A stretch of DNA of 63,187 nucleotides, counting the filler, from Basidioascus undulatus (Eukaryota): the NCBI GenBank assembly GCA_000826855.1. It is 8 parts of 8 records of this genome, joined end to end, with 100 filler letters (N's around TTAATTAATTAA, not from the genome) between each part and the next. Parts side by side here need not be neighbours in the genome. Positions count along the whole stretch, not along the records: positions 7,925 to 15,745 come from JTLS01001485.1; positions 15,846 to 23,664 come from JTLS01001486.1; positions 23,765 to 31,578 come from JTLS01001487.1; 5 more parts are not named here. One strand, written 5' to 3'. Within the stretch, counting starts at the first letter, position 1; each line of letters begins with the position of its first letter. Both the position numbers and the translations under genes were made by a program. Below the pieces are notes generated by a model that had not been told where the DNA came from, did not search any database, and saw only the letters and a program-made list of their open reading frames with translations. Shown in pieces: positions 13,829-24,837 of the stretch.

Positions 13829-15745
13829 ATGTCCGTGTCCAAAGCCGCCCTCTCTGCGCTCAACCTCCCGCTCTCCCTCCCGCCCGCCGCGCGCGGCGTC
13901 GCGCTCCCCGATCCCCATGGGTTCCAGAAGGACCTCTTCAAGGGACTGCGGGACGCGTATTGGTCCGATGATGAGGTCAGTGCCTCTTCTCCGCCGTCGG
14001 GCGGTCCCTCTGTCCACTTGGTGGCGCAGACGCGAAGAGAGCAGAGCAGCTGACGACACGCGTTTCGGGACCGCTCACAGGAGGATCGCGACTGCCCGCT
14101 CTGCCTCGAGGAGATGGACATTAGCGACCTCAACTTCAAGCCGTGTCCGTGTGGGTACCAGGTCAGTCTTTTTCCATCCTGACCGCGTAGTGCGCGCAGG
14201 CGCTACGCTTGTGCGTTCGTAGCGCGTTCGGTGCCGGACTGACCCTTGCCCTCGTCCCCTCCCTCGCTCTCCCTTTCCCTTCCATGGCCCCTTCGCTATT
14301 CCTCCGCATCATTATCACCGCGCACATCTTCACTTCTCGACGTGGTTCACGTCGCCGACCACCTACACGCTCGCCCATCACGCGACCGCCCGTTCACGTC
14401 GATCGCGTTCATCGCCGCACGCACAGATTTGCCGCTTCTGCTGGCATCACATAAAGGAGAACCTCAACCGGCGCTGCCCTGCCTGCCGTCGCGAATACAC
14501 GGACGCCGGGGCAGAGTTCAAGCCCGTCAGCGCGGAGGAGTGCGTTCCTTCGGTTTCCAACTGCTCCGTACGGCCCTGAAACGCTTATTAATCCCTCTTG
14601 CCGCTTTCTCCACAGCGTCAAGCGGCTAGACCGGCAGAAGAAGCAGAAGGAGCGTGAGAAGCGCGAGCTCGAAACTCTCGGCCGGACCCGTTTGGCGAGC
14701 TTGCGTGTCATCCAGCGCAACGTCGTGTATGTCGTCGGCTGGCCGGATAGGGTGACGGACGAGGTGCGTCTTCTCTAAAACGTCATTTCGGTCAAAGGGT
14801 CAGGCCTGACATGCATTCTGGTGGACCAGATCCTCCCACTTCTACGCGCGAACGACTACTTCGGGCAGTACGGTCGAATCGCAAAGATCACGATCGCGAA
14901 ACGCCCGTCGTCCGCGCACTCCGTGTCGAAGGACCCGACCGTTGGTGTTTACGTGACGTATCACCGCAAGGAGGACGCGGCGAAGGCGATCACCGCTGTG
15001 GACGGCACGCCGCTCGGCGACGGACGCGGTGCGCTCCGCGCGAGCTTCGGCACGTCGCGGTACTGCACGAGCTATCTGCGCAACCAGGCGTGCATGGATC
15101 CGACGTGTCAAGGCTTGCACGAACCGGGCGAAGAAGCGGATAGCTTCACGAAGGAGGACATGGCGACGAGGTGGGTGTGGTGCGGTCGTGCGACGCGGGC
15201 GTTGCAGCAAGCTGATCGACTGGACGCTGTGCAGGAAACACCCGATCAAGGACGATCATCTTCGCCTTGCTCGTCGTCCGCCTCCCACCGCGAGCGCAAC
15301 TGCGTCACCCGTCATATCCGCTGCTCGGAGGCACGAAGAAGCGGAATGTACGTTGTCCTTCCTTACGCCGTTTCTCGATCCTTTCGTTGCTCACGGTGCT
15401 CGAATCGACTGCAGCTTCTGCTCTTCCGCGCACAGCATCATGGGCGAAGCCCGGATCCGGTCCGCCCGCCACGGTCCCCTTCCCGACTCCTCCCCCTCCT
15501 CCGACGCAACCGTCGCAGAGCAGGCGGCGCGAGCCCAAGTCGCGTGCACAGCCCGCCGTGCAGCCCACCGCACAGCCTGCGTTCCGGCCCAGAGCGACGC
15601 CGCAGCCAGAGCCGCAACGTCGGTCCGCCGCGGCAGCGCGCAAGGCGTCAGTGGAGGAGATCACGCCGACGAGTTCCGCAGTGCCCTCACCTGTCGTCTC
15701 CAGCGCTGCTCCTGCTCCCGCTCCTGCACGTACGCCTTGAGCGTA
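13829..15745 (+). CDS. NOT4: CCR4-NOT E3 ubiquitin ligase Not4/Mot2 (RING + RRM + C3H), 3'-truncated
   Basis: C4C4 RING CPLCLEEMDISDLNFKPCPCGYQ/ICRFCWHHIKENLNRRCPACRREY, then LRVIQRNVVYVVG, RRM DYFGQYGRIAKI, and RASFGTSRYCTSYLRNQACMDPTCQGLHE. Confidence 0.93.
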
Positions 15746-15845
15746 NNNNNNNNNNNNNNNNNNNNNNNNNNNNNNNNNNNNNNNNNNNNTTAATTAATTA
15801 ANNNNNNNNNNNNNNNNNNNNNNNNNNNNNNNNNNNNNNNNNNNN
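15746..15845. other. Artificial contig-joining linker
   Basis: N44-TTAATTAATTAA-N44. Confidence 0.99.
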
Positions 15846-15929
15846 GAGGACGGCCGGACCCTCTCGGACTACAACATCCAAAAAGAATCGACGCTCCACC
15901 TCGTCCTCCGTCTTCGCGGCGGCCAATAA
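15846..15929 (+). CDS. UBI4: Polyubiquitin, end of the last repeat (5'-truncated)
   Basis: EDGRTLSDYNIQKESTLHLVLRLRGGQ*. A single extra residue after GG is typical of polyubiquitin precursors. Confidence 0.9.
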   Translation, partial: EDGRTLSDYNIQKESTLHLVLRLRGGQ

Positions 15930-16705
15930 TGTAGCCTTGCTTGATCGACTGTTGTTATACCCCACTTGAGCTTGATGCTATCTGCGTCTGTTGCATGTCT
16001 GTCCGCCGGAAATAACATCGCGCTCGCTTCGGCATGTTTGCACATGCCATACTCCTGGCCTCGGAACTATATCGTGCACCAGTGCTCGCGGTGAGGTCTA
16101 CGGAGAAGCTCGGCGAGGCGAAGGAACGACTGCAGACTGCTCAGCGCGGTGAAGGAACGACTGCCATCGCTACCGCGTACCCGTCATCGCAGCTCAACCA
16201 GTTCGCCCAGTGGATTTACATCACGATGTAGATCATGTTGTTCTAACTCCAACCAACTCAGATTGCGTTCCAAAGTGGGGGCGCGGGCGCAGGCGATTTG
16301 CTAGCAGCCTGAGGTGCGGCGAGCCCGGCCGAGGTCGTTTGGCAGAGCCCGGCATCTTCATCTAGAATAAGCTGAGGTTTACTTGGGTCTATTCAGGCAT
16401 AGTTATTATCGCCATCCCTGAGCAGGCTAGAGAGGAGCAAGCGATGGCAGGTTTCCGTCACAGTGGCCGGCGCGGCGCATGCTCACTGCTGCGAACTCCT
16501 GTTATTCCGTGTATCAGCTTGTGAGACGCAGCTTTTCAAAAGTACAGATACCATCTAGATGGCACGGTTGTCAAGCGGTGTTTTCTGGAAATGTCTTGGC
16601 CCGCACGGCGGGAGCGCGCGGAGCGTGGATCGATGCCGCCAGGCAGGTTTCGTTGACCACAGACGCTGCCTTCAAACGACCTTGGACGCTTTGCTTGAGC
16701 GCGTT

Positions 16706-19008
16706 TCATAGTATAAATAAAATTTTGGTGACGTTTACTTTCTTCCACACATTCAATAGGCTCGGTGAACCCACTTGGCATGGAGATGTGAGTTCTGTCC
16801 AGAGGACCTCCCGCCGTGGCAGTCCGATCTGCACACGCTCCAGCTGTGGATTACGAGCCACCGGGTCCTTCACGTCCTTGCGCATGTTTTTGCGCTCGTG
16901 CGTCTTCTCAGCACAGACGACGGAGAGGTGCTTGACCGTCGGTCGAAGCCACTTCAGAAGCGGAACCATCCAAGTGACGACGGTGAGCGAGGCGAGGTTC
17001 GGCGTGCCGAGCGGTCTTTCGCGCCATAAACTTTTCAAGAAGGCCTGCATAGGGTTGATTACGTGGGGCGGTTTGTATCGAGGGCGAGGAACTCATCCCG
17101 CCCTCACGGTGAGGCAAAGGCGTCGAATGTGCTGAAGCGAAGCTGGAGCGCGGACAAGGGCTGTCATAGTGGATGGGACAAACAGCCGAGAGACCCTCTC
17201 GGAGAGAACCTCTCGAAACGTGACCTGCTCCGAAATGTCGATCTCCTCGTACAGCCGCGGTGCAGTGGAGTCGAGGATACCTCTCGCTCTGCCTCCATGC
17301 GCTCCCGCAAAGAAGTGCTCGATGTTCTTGCACGAAGCGTCGTAAGACGCCCCTGCCATGGCGGTGACCAGTTGCTCCAGAGCAGTGCACCAGGGATCCC
17401 CACTCTTGACTACTATCCCCACCGACGGAGAGATGACTGAAATAATAGCGGCTACCGCGTTCCCGTCCGTATCCGATGTATAAGTTACTTCCTGTCGGAT
17501 GCTCCTCATGTAGTTGTGCACCGTGGCTACAAGCTCGACGAAGAACGCTCCCACGACGCGCGGTCCTGTGCGAGACCCAGGCGCCGCGCTGGCGCCTCCA
17601 ATGCTGAGCGCTTGTTCGGCTGGCCACCTCGAGAGAGAGAGCGAGAAAGAGAGCAACTGCATCGCTTCAGTGAGGTTACGCATCTGCTGCTCCATCTGGG
17701 ACATGGCAGCCACTATTCTGCCCATCATGTCACCTTGTGCAGCTGAGGTACGCGTGAGGCTCTGGAGGTATTATTGGTAACCTTGGAGTTACGAACCAGC
17801 CGAGAGAGGAGCATGTGAGTAGTAGCTGATCTGGAGACTGTACCCACCAGCTTGCTTATGAACTCATCTTCACCGCCCGGCTCGTCCTCGACGTCCCCGT
17901 GGACTCGCATACCCTCCAGTTCATCCGCTAGTTGTTCCATGATGCAGGTGGCACCGCAGCAGTAACCTGCCTGTGCTCACTCCTCTCATGACTACCTCTG
18001 GAAGTCGACGTCTCACTAGTTACTCGTTCAGCCATGAGAGGAGAGCGCAGCTCGCCACCGGAGGTCTACTGCGGGATCCACAACCAGAGGACCCCGACCT
18101 GGTCCATCGCCAAAGTCCCCTCTCTACTCTCGACCCAACCTCGGAGTACTACCTCAACACCACAGCCCGCGCGTTAGGGGTGATCGGCGAGGGCCAGGGG
18201 TCGGTTTCGCCCGACTGAAGGTGCGTGTGGACACTCGGCAACTGGGTGTATCCCTCAGGTCTCGCTGTCGCCTGTTCTATGATGCAGCCTTTAGTAATCT
18301 CTGCTAGAGTAAAGATGTAAGGGAAGACACATTCGCTACGCGCAATAGGTGACGAGTTTGTGAGGGCGGGCGCCCAGCCAAGTTCCGTGACTGTGCGAGA
18401 GTATAGGAATTCCTCCCAGGTCCAGGGCAGGCTGTCACTAGCAGCTTAACCAAGCGGCTGTGGACCGTGGGCTGACAACACGCCACCCGAGTGACACTGT
18501 AATGTTCCTCAACATAGGGGGCTCTAAGCTTACCATCTGGCTCCTGTACGAGGGGTATGGCCCCGTCCTCTGCTACCTTGGAATCGACAGCCTCAAGATC
18601 CTCGCGCGTTACCTGCCGCAGGACATACGTTTGATACCCAGTTGGCTAGCAAGAGGGGCTGGCACCTCGTCAGATCCGGCCAATCAGCGTGTGATGCGGA
18701 TTACAGCTACCTCGGGGTGTCGCCGATTGGGAACCTCCAGTTCAATGGCAAGTCCTCAGGGATGACGGGGCTGTACTCTGCCCTCGCATCTGCGATACGG
18801 GCTGCCCTCTCAAGCCAGGGGAGCGGAGCATTCGTGGGAAGCCTGCGAGTTTTAGATATTGACAGAGATAACGAAGCACCTCATCCACAAGCTCCGGGCA
18901 TCGGTCCCAGATGGTCGGGCCGTATGATACACGCCCTCCCTGCCCGCACTCAAACCACGGCTTAAGGTCGCGCCAGGTCCAGAAGTAGGCGGATCGCGTG
19001 GTGGCCAT
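16706..19008 (-). pseudogene. Host F-box-like gene interrupted by the virus-like insertion
   Basis: The 5' part MATTRSAYFW...IWDRCPELVDEVLRYL (19008 to ~18865) resembles F-box helix 1. The 3' part TAPRLYEEIDI...LQHIRRLCL...TPNLASLTV...VKHLSV resumes below ~17265. Confidence 0.5.
17265..18864. mobile_element. Virus/plasmid-like insertion, copy 1 (divergent intronless ORFs X and Y, both disrupted)
   Basis: Homologous to 31973-33550. ORF X starts at 17940 (minus) and ORF Y at ~17988 (plus). It has stops and frameshifts that the other copy lacks. Identity of the source is unknown. Confidence 0.7.
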
Positions 19009-19399
19009 GCGAGATAAATGGCTTGATGGATCTGGTTGGGTGCTGAGAATGCAACTTGTGCAGCCCCCGCCTTTTACATGAGATTTGGCTGTTGTTAGCC
19101 CTCTGCCCATTGATTTATACGGGAATGTGAGGGGATGCAGAACGCTGGCTGCAGCTGGGAATGCAAATGTCGTTCTGGCCCACGCGACGAGCAAACATGA
19201 ACGCAGCGTTCGCAATGATGCTTGCAGCGTGGCGCCCGTTCGCGTGGCCTCAACAGAGCATATCGTTAAAATCCTTCATTTTGATTTTCATTTTGTACAT
19301 TATTTGGTGCGGAAAGCTGCATGCGTGCACTAATGCCGATGTACACCAGCCGTAAGACCTGGGGCCAGCGCAACGCAGGCGTCAACAGAAATGGATCCA

Positions 19400-20600
19400 G
19401 GTCTCACAGTTTCTGGTGGCACCAAGGCCCAAGGTGTATACAAGTGACTCTGCGCTATCAAAAAAAACAGTATACCTCTCGCGGCCAGGCGACGCGATAG
19501 AGGCATGCACCAGAGCGAGGCGAGCCCAGCCTCCGGCTCGGTATTCAGGAGGTCGTTGTTGAGAAGGTAGGTGATGAGGAATCGACCACCACAATCGTTG
19601 GCCGACTTAATCTGCGCCAGGGCCGGGAGACGGCTCTTGATCGAAGGAGCACTCGAACTCTTCGAGAGCATCGCGGCAGCTTTGATCGAACATATCAATC
19701 TTGAACGCGATCCATTCGATAGTGGGATGATGAAAATCATACACGTCAGTGTCGAAAAATTCATCTGGGCAGACCTCGAGGCCCAACAGACACAGGCACA
19801 TGCTGGCCAGTCGGTCGTATGCGATGAGGCCGTCGCCACGTCGAATACGCAAGATGCGCAGCTTTTGACCGATGACGAAAACGAAAAAGAGATGGCAGGG
19901 TCGACGCCGTAAGATCGAGATAAAGCTCCTCCAGCGAAGGAAGCGAGGCTTGTTCGAGGATGGCCAAGATCGCCTCCACAGATGCGTCGTCGTCCTAGGA
20001 GAAGGTGAGCGAACTGAGGAGGGTTACAGAAATACGAGGGAACCGAAGGCTTGTTTGTTTTTTGGCGCTCCCAGTTTGACGTTCAGCTCGTTAAGTGAAG
20101 TGCAACGTGACAAAGTCGAGAAGAGCGCATTTGCAAGCCAGCAATGCTGATGTGAAGGCAACGCAACGAAGAAGCGGTGCAGACTAGCGGTGCGAGTAAC
20201 ACTGGGCTGCAGAACGGCGGCCTGTGAGCGCTGCGTGGGTATAGGAGGAGATCGCAAATGCCTTTGGCAGCGGGCATGACGTGTCCGAGCTGTCCCTCCG
20301 ACACGTCGAACGAGTCGAGGTCGATTGTAGCCATGACCTCTCGAATCCCTCGAACGACGCGCGTCTGGCCTCGCATGGTTCGAAACATGACATGGCCGTG
20401 CAAGCGGGAAACTTTCCGACCAAGCATGTAGAGGTTGTGTAGGAGCAGTGGTGAGGCAAGATCCTGTCCCAGACACGGACGATAGAAGAGTAAGCAGATA
20501 AAGCCTCGCTGGGCGGCCCGAGACGACTTGTCTTCCAAGCTTTGAAGACCAAGACGAGTTTATGAGGCACGTACGGACTAGTGCGCCATCTGTTTGGATA
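19400..20600 (-). pseudogene. Degenerate LRR/F-box-like hypothetical gene
   Basis: Fragments LFSTLSRCTSLNELNV and ILEQASLPSLEELYLDL are separated by in-frame stops. Boundaries are approximate. Confidence 0.3.
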
Positions 20601-21122
20601 CAGGCAGGAGAAGTGATCCTGGACGACATACTCGAAAATCCGCGACTAAACTTCGTTCGGAATTCGATCGAAGGCGGACAGACCCTGCGGCATAGCGATC
20701 GAAAATGAATTGAATGGTGTGCGCGGTAATGGCGTTCGGTACGAGACAGCGTTTGCTGAAAGAATTTAGTGTCGGAAGTGAGAGATGATGGTGGTGGGAG
20801 AGAAGGTGGAGAGGGAGAACACTGCGGGCTTTGACGCTGTAACCCTCGCCCTGAACTCGATGGTTCGATGGACCACCCCTTCAGACGCCATAAAAACAGG
20901 CTTTACCTTCGAAAAAACGCTACTTGTAGAAGATGGTCCTAAGGGAGGTTTGCAGGGACCAGTGTGGCTTCTGCATTCGCACACAAGAAGACGTTGCTGC
21001 AATTCAGCAAAGGTATCTTCTTCATCGGCAATCATCAACCGCCTCCCAAAGCAACAAAGGCAAAAGCCACACAGCACAATTTCCCAAAAGTCTCTAGCAG
21101 CGTCTCTAGCTCCCAAAAAGTA

Positions 21123-23664
21123 TCAGAAGACAAAGTATCCCTTCGCGAGGGGCAACGTCTCCGCGGGCGGCGCGTCGCACAGCTCGCCGTCGGCCGTCAC
21201 CGCGTATGTCTCGGGGTCGACGCGCATCTGCGGCGTCGAGTCGTTGTGCTTCATGTCGCGCTTGCTCACCGTCCGGCAGCCGCGGACGCCGAGCGAGCGC
21301 TTGCGCAGGCCGTAGGAGGCGATCACGCCTGTCCCGCCATCATCGAGATCAACTTCGCTGCTCGTAAGGAAGGAGGTGGAATGTATGGACGGACTGGAGT
21401 CGATCGAGACCTGCGAAACGAAGTTGTACGAGTTGAGCGCTGCCGCGCCGGGGTAGCCGCCGAACATGGGCGCAGAAACGATCGGCTGGATAGTCGGGAT
21501 GGATGCGTTCGCGTCACCGACCTGTACAAGCACAGTTCCAGCTGAAGCATTAGCCTTTGTAGCAATGCAGCAAAGAACGGCAGCGTACACCCGCCCACGC
21601 AATCACTCCGCCCTTGATAACGTTCTCGGGCTTGACGCCGAAGTTCTCGGGCTTCCAGAGCACGAGGTCGGCGAGTTTGCCCTTGACAACGTCCCCGACG
21701 ATGTGCGCGAACCCATGCGTGATGGCCCTGCGTCATTAGGCCTGAAGTTATTCTCACAGTCCCCGCGCCCTGATCCACTGCAAGAAGCGGCGCGCACGGG
21801 TTGATGGCTGTCCTTGTCGAAGTTAGCGACCCGCTTTCTCGATGGGAGGAGCAAAGAAGAGATAGGAGCGCGACGCACTATACTTCGAAACATACCGCTT
21901 CACGCGGAAGTTGTCGTTCGTGGTGTCGTGCGGGGCGAGTGGCCCGCGCACGCTGCGCATCTTGTCTGCCGTGCGCCAGGTGCGCGAGACGACCTCGCCG
22001 ATACGGCCCTGTTGGGGTGCCGTTCAAATGAGATTCAGATGTCATTTGAGATCATCAGTTGCATACCATTGCTTGACTGTCAGATGAGATCATGGAGATC
22101 GCGCCGGTGTCTGTCCGAGGGATCTCTAACAGTCCGCACAGCATAGGGATTGCGAGAAAGCTAATAGCGCACCGTGCAAGACGTCCTCAGCCGCCACCGT
22201 CTCCGCTCGGATGCGCGAGTCGGCAAAAGCGACGTCTGTGCATGTGCGTGCACATCGCGTAAGCCACCAGGTCCATCACTCGTTCGCGAGCCGCACGCAC
22301 CTTCCGGGATCGACTTGTCGAGGTGATGGCAGACCATGAGCATCTGCACAGATTGGGCACGCGTCAGTGCCCACAGCTACCAGTGTGCAAGCTCCGCCCC
22401 TCACGTCCAGGTGCTCGTCGAGCGTGTTGCGCGTGAACGGCCGCGTCGGGTTGGTCGACGAGGGGAGGACGTTCTGCTGCTCGCAGACGACCTGCAGTTC
22501 CGCACATCCGCAAGGTCAGCACCGTATCCCTCGCGCCGGCTCTGCGCTGAGCAGGGCCACGCACGATGATATCCGGCGCGTGCCCGCCGCCGGCGCCCTC
22601 CGTGTGGTACGTGTGGATCGTGCGGCCTTTGAATGCGGCGATGGTGCCTGCAGATAAATTGCGTTGCAGCCCCTCCCATCAGCAGCAGCAAAACGCGAAA
22701 GGACGGGGGATGCGAAACGAAGACGCACTCTCTACGAACCCGCTCTCGTTCAGCGTGTCCGTATGGATGTTGACCTGCACGTCGTACTTGTCCGCGAGGG
22801 TCAAGCAGCTGTCGATCGCCGCCGGGGTGGATCCCCAGTCCTGCGCTCCTCCGCCTCGTGAGAACCCGCTCCCCCTCCTCACTCTTTCCCTACACAAGCA
22901 CCTCATGCAGCTTCAGCCCCGCCGCGCCCGCCTTGACGATGTCCTCCAGTCCCCTCGGGCCAGAGCTGTGCCGCACCGCCCTTCAGCCAACCGTGCGCCC
23001 CTAAGGAGCGGGAGAACGGGATGTGGCGGGGATGGAAGGCGAAAGGGGGAGGGAACGAAGACGCACTCGTTCCCCTTTCCCGTGAACGCAAAGTTCATCG
23101 GGATCCCATCCGTTGCAGCAAACATGTTGTGCAGGTGGTTCTTCCCCGGCGTGCACGTCGTCGCGGCCGTCCCCGCCGCGGGGCCGCCCGTCCCGCCGCC
23201 GATGAGGGTCGTGATGCCGCTTGCCATTGCCTGTTGCACCCCCTCAGTCCTGTCAGCATCGCCCCCCACTCCCCTCAAACAAACGAAGCGGGCAAGAGGA
23301 AGGAAGAAGGAGGAAGGAATGAGGAAGAGGAGGAAGAAAAAAGAACCGCACCTCCTTCCACAGCTCCGGACAGATAAAGTGCACGTGCGCGTCGATAGCG
23401 CCCGCAGTGACGATCTTGCCCTCCCCTGCAATGACCTCTGTGTTGACGCCGACGACGAGCGCCGGGTCCACGCCGTCCATCACGTCCGGGTTGCCCGCCT
23501 TGCCGATCCCCGCGATGTAGCCCTCTTTGATGCCGATATCCGCCTGACCCGGGTTGGAGACGCATCGTTAGCCGTTAGTTGGGGAATTGGGGGGAGGGAA
23601 AGGCAGGGGAGGAGAGGGAGGGAGGGAGAAGGAAGCGCACCGTCTGGACTATAGCTTTGACGCT
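21123..23664 (-). CDS. URE1: Urease (alpha-subunit region of the fused fungal urease), 5'-truncated
   Basis: [86 protein letters not shown]-terminus [12 protein letters not shown]...[10 protein letters not shown]. Confidence 0.97.
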
Positions 23665-23764
23665 NNNNNNNNNNNNNNNNNNNNNNNNNNNNNNNNNNNN
23701 NNNNNNNNTTAATTAATTAANNNNNNNNNNNNNNNNNNNNNNNNNNNNNNNNNNNNNNNNNNNN
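23665..23764. other. Artificial contig-joining linker
   Basis: N44-TTAATTAATTAA-N44. Confidence 0.99.
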
Positions 23765-24002
23765 CCTAGACACCTTGCCTCTCCGCCGCCCCTTCGTCCA
23801 TCCCTCGTTCTTTCACACCTCTACCACACCACTTAGCCACTTCTCCTTTGTGCTTGATTTCCTCCTGTGATGTATACCCGCCGCAACATCCCTTCCCCTA
23901 CCTTTTTACTTTGTTGAACCCCACACCTTCTCCTTCTTACTTTCGCTCGTCTGCTGGGTCTGAATGCACGCACGTTCTATCTGCCGCAGTTGACTGGCTC
24001 GC
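23765..24002 (+). repeat. Inverted copy of the PDB1 stop codon + 3'UTR (partner at 26395-26632)
   Basis: CCTAGACACCTTGCCTCTCCGCCGCCCC... is the reverse complement of 26632 downward. The first ~80 nt are identical and the rest diverges progressively. Confidence 0.92.
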
Positions 24003-24257
24003 AACCAAGTGGCTCACAGGCCTCTCTACGCAGCGCTCTGCACATCTTTGCCTGCACAGAGAGTTGTTCTGCCGTTGGAGTCAAGTGTGCAACAGTCCCA
24101 GCCACTTGGTTCCTTGTTCGGTGTTCCAAGGAATCCCAAGCTCAACAGAGGACAGGACGAGAGGGGGAAAAACACAAGGCCATTAGTGCCATTAGTCATT
24201 GAGTAAGGCTTGCCTGGGTCCGAAGGGGAGCAAAAGCAACAGAAAAGCATCAGATCT

Positions 24258-24329
24258 TTCCCCGTCCGGGAATCGAACCCGGGGCTGGGCGGTGAGAACA
24301 CCCGATGTTAGCCACTACACCAACGAGGA
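24258..24329 (-). tRNA. tRNA-Glu(CTC), intronless
   Basis: Reverse complement TCCTCGTTGGTGTAGTGGCTAACATCGGGTGTTCTCACCGCCCAGCCCCGGGTTCGATTCCCGGACGGGGAA folds as a cloverleaf with anticodon CTC. Confidence 0.93.
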
Positions 24330-24837
24330 CATGTATTTGTACTGCAATGCGCGATTCAGCAGCATTTCAAGTTGCAACGACTCCTTTCCCTTAAAACCGG
24401 AGCATCCCATGTCAAATGCTGGTCCTGAACTCTCTGTAACACACATTGCGGCTTTGACCACTCAATACCTTCTGACGCAGGTCGACGACGTTCGGACGCA
24501 GCGATGAATCCCACAATCAACATAGCGGAGCTTTGAGGGTTTCGTTGCTATACACCTCAGGGTCTGCGCCTGTGTTGGTAGTGCATTCAGATCCCAAGAC
24601 TCGTGACATGCTAGCACAGCGTCAGTGTGGCAGGAGCCGGGCCGAGAGGTTGAATGGGCTGGTATGACGAACTAAACGAACAGGCACCGAGAGAAGGCTG
24701 CATAGATGCTTGTTCAACGGACCACCGCTTCTCCCTTAAATGAGTCTCGCCCTCGTCTCGTCTGCCCCTCCTTCATCCTCATCCCACTCTCCATCTTCTA
24801 TATCGTGCAGCGCTAGTCGCCATAATAATACTCTCAA

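Noticed and set aside
16708..16730. TATAAATAAAATTTTGG resembling a mononegavirus gene-junction signal near the insertion
   Set aside because: It lies ~550 nt outside the homologous element, occurs once, and is better explained as the AT-rich 3' end of the host gene.
18515..18864. Assigning ORF Y as a methyltransferase (FLNIGGSK) or a jelly-roll capsid protein (NLQFNGK)
   Set aside because: The motifs are too short to support either call without profile or structure searches.
17265..18864. Interpretation as a conventional transposon (TIR, LTR or Helitron) or as RIP-mutated duplicates
   Set aside because: There are no terminal repeats, TSD or transposase/RT motifs. Differences follow codon position in both directions, not a one-way C-to-T pattern.
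23641..23664. The last bases of the urease contig do not encode the residues expected before ADIG
   Set aside because: Probably low-quality or mis-joined sequence at a contig end; too short to interpret.
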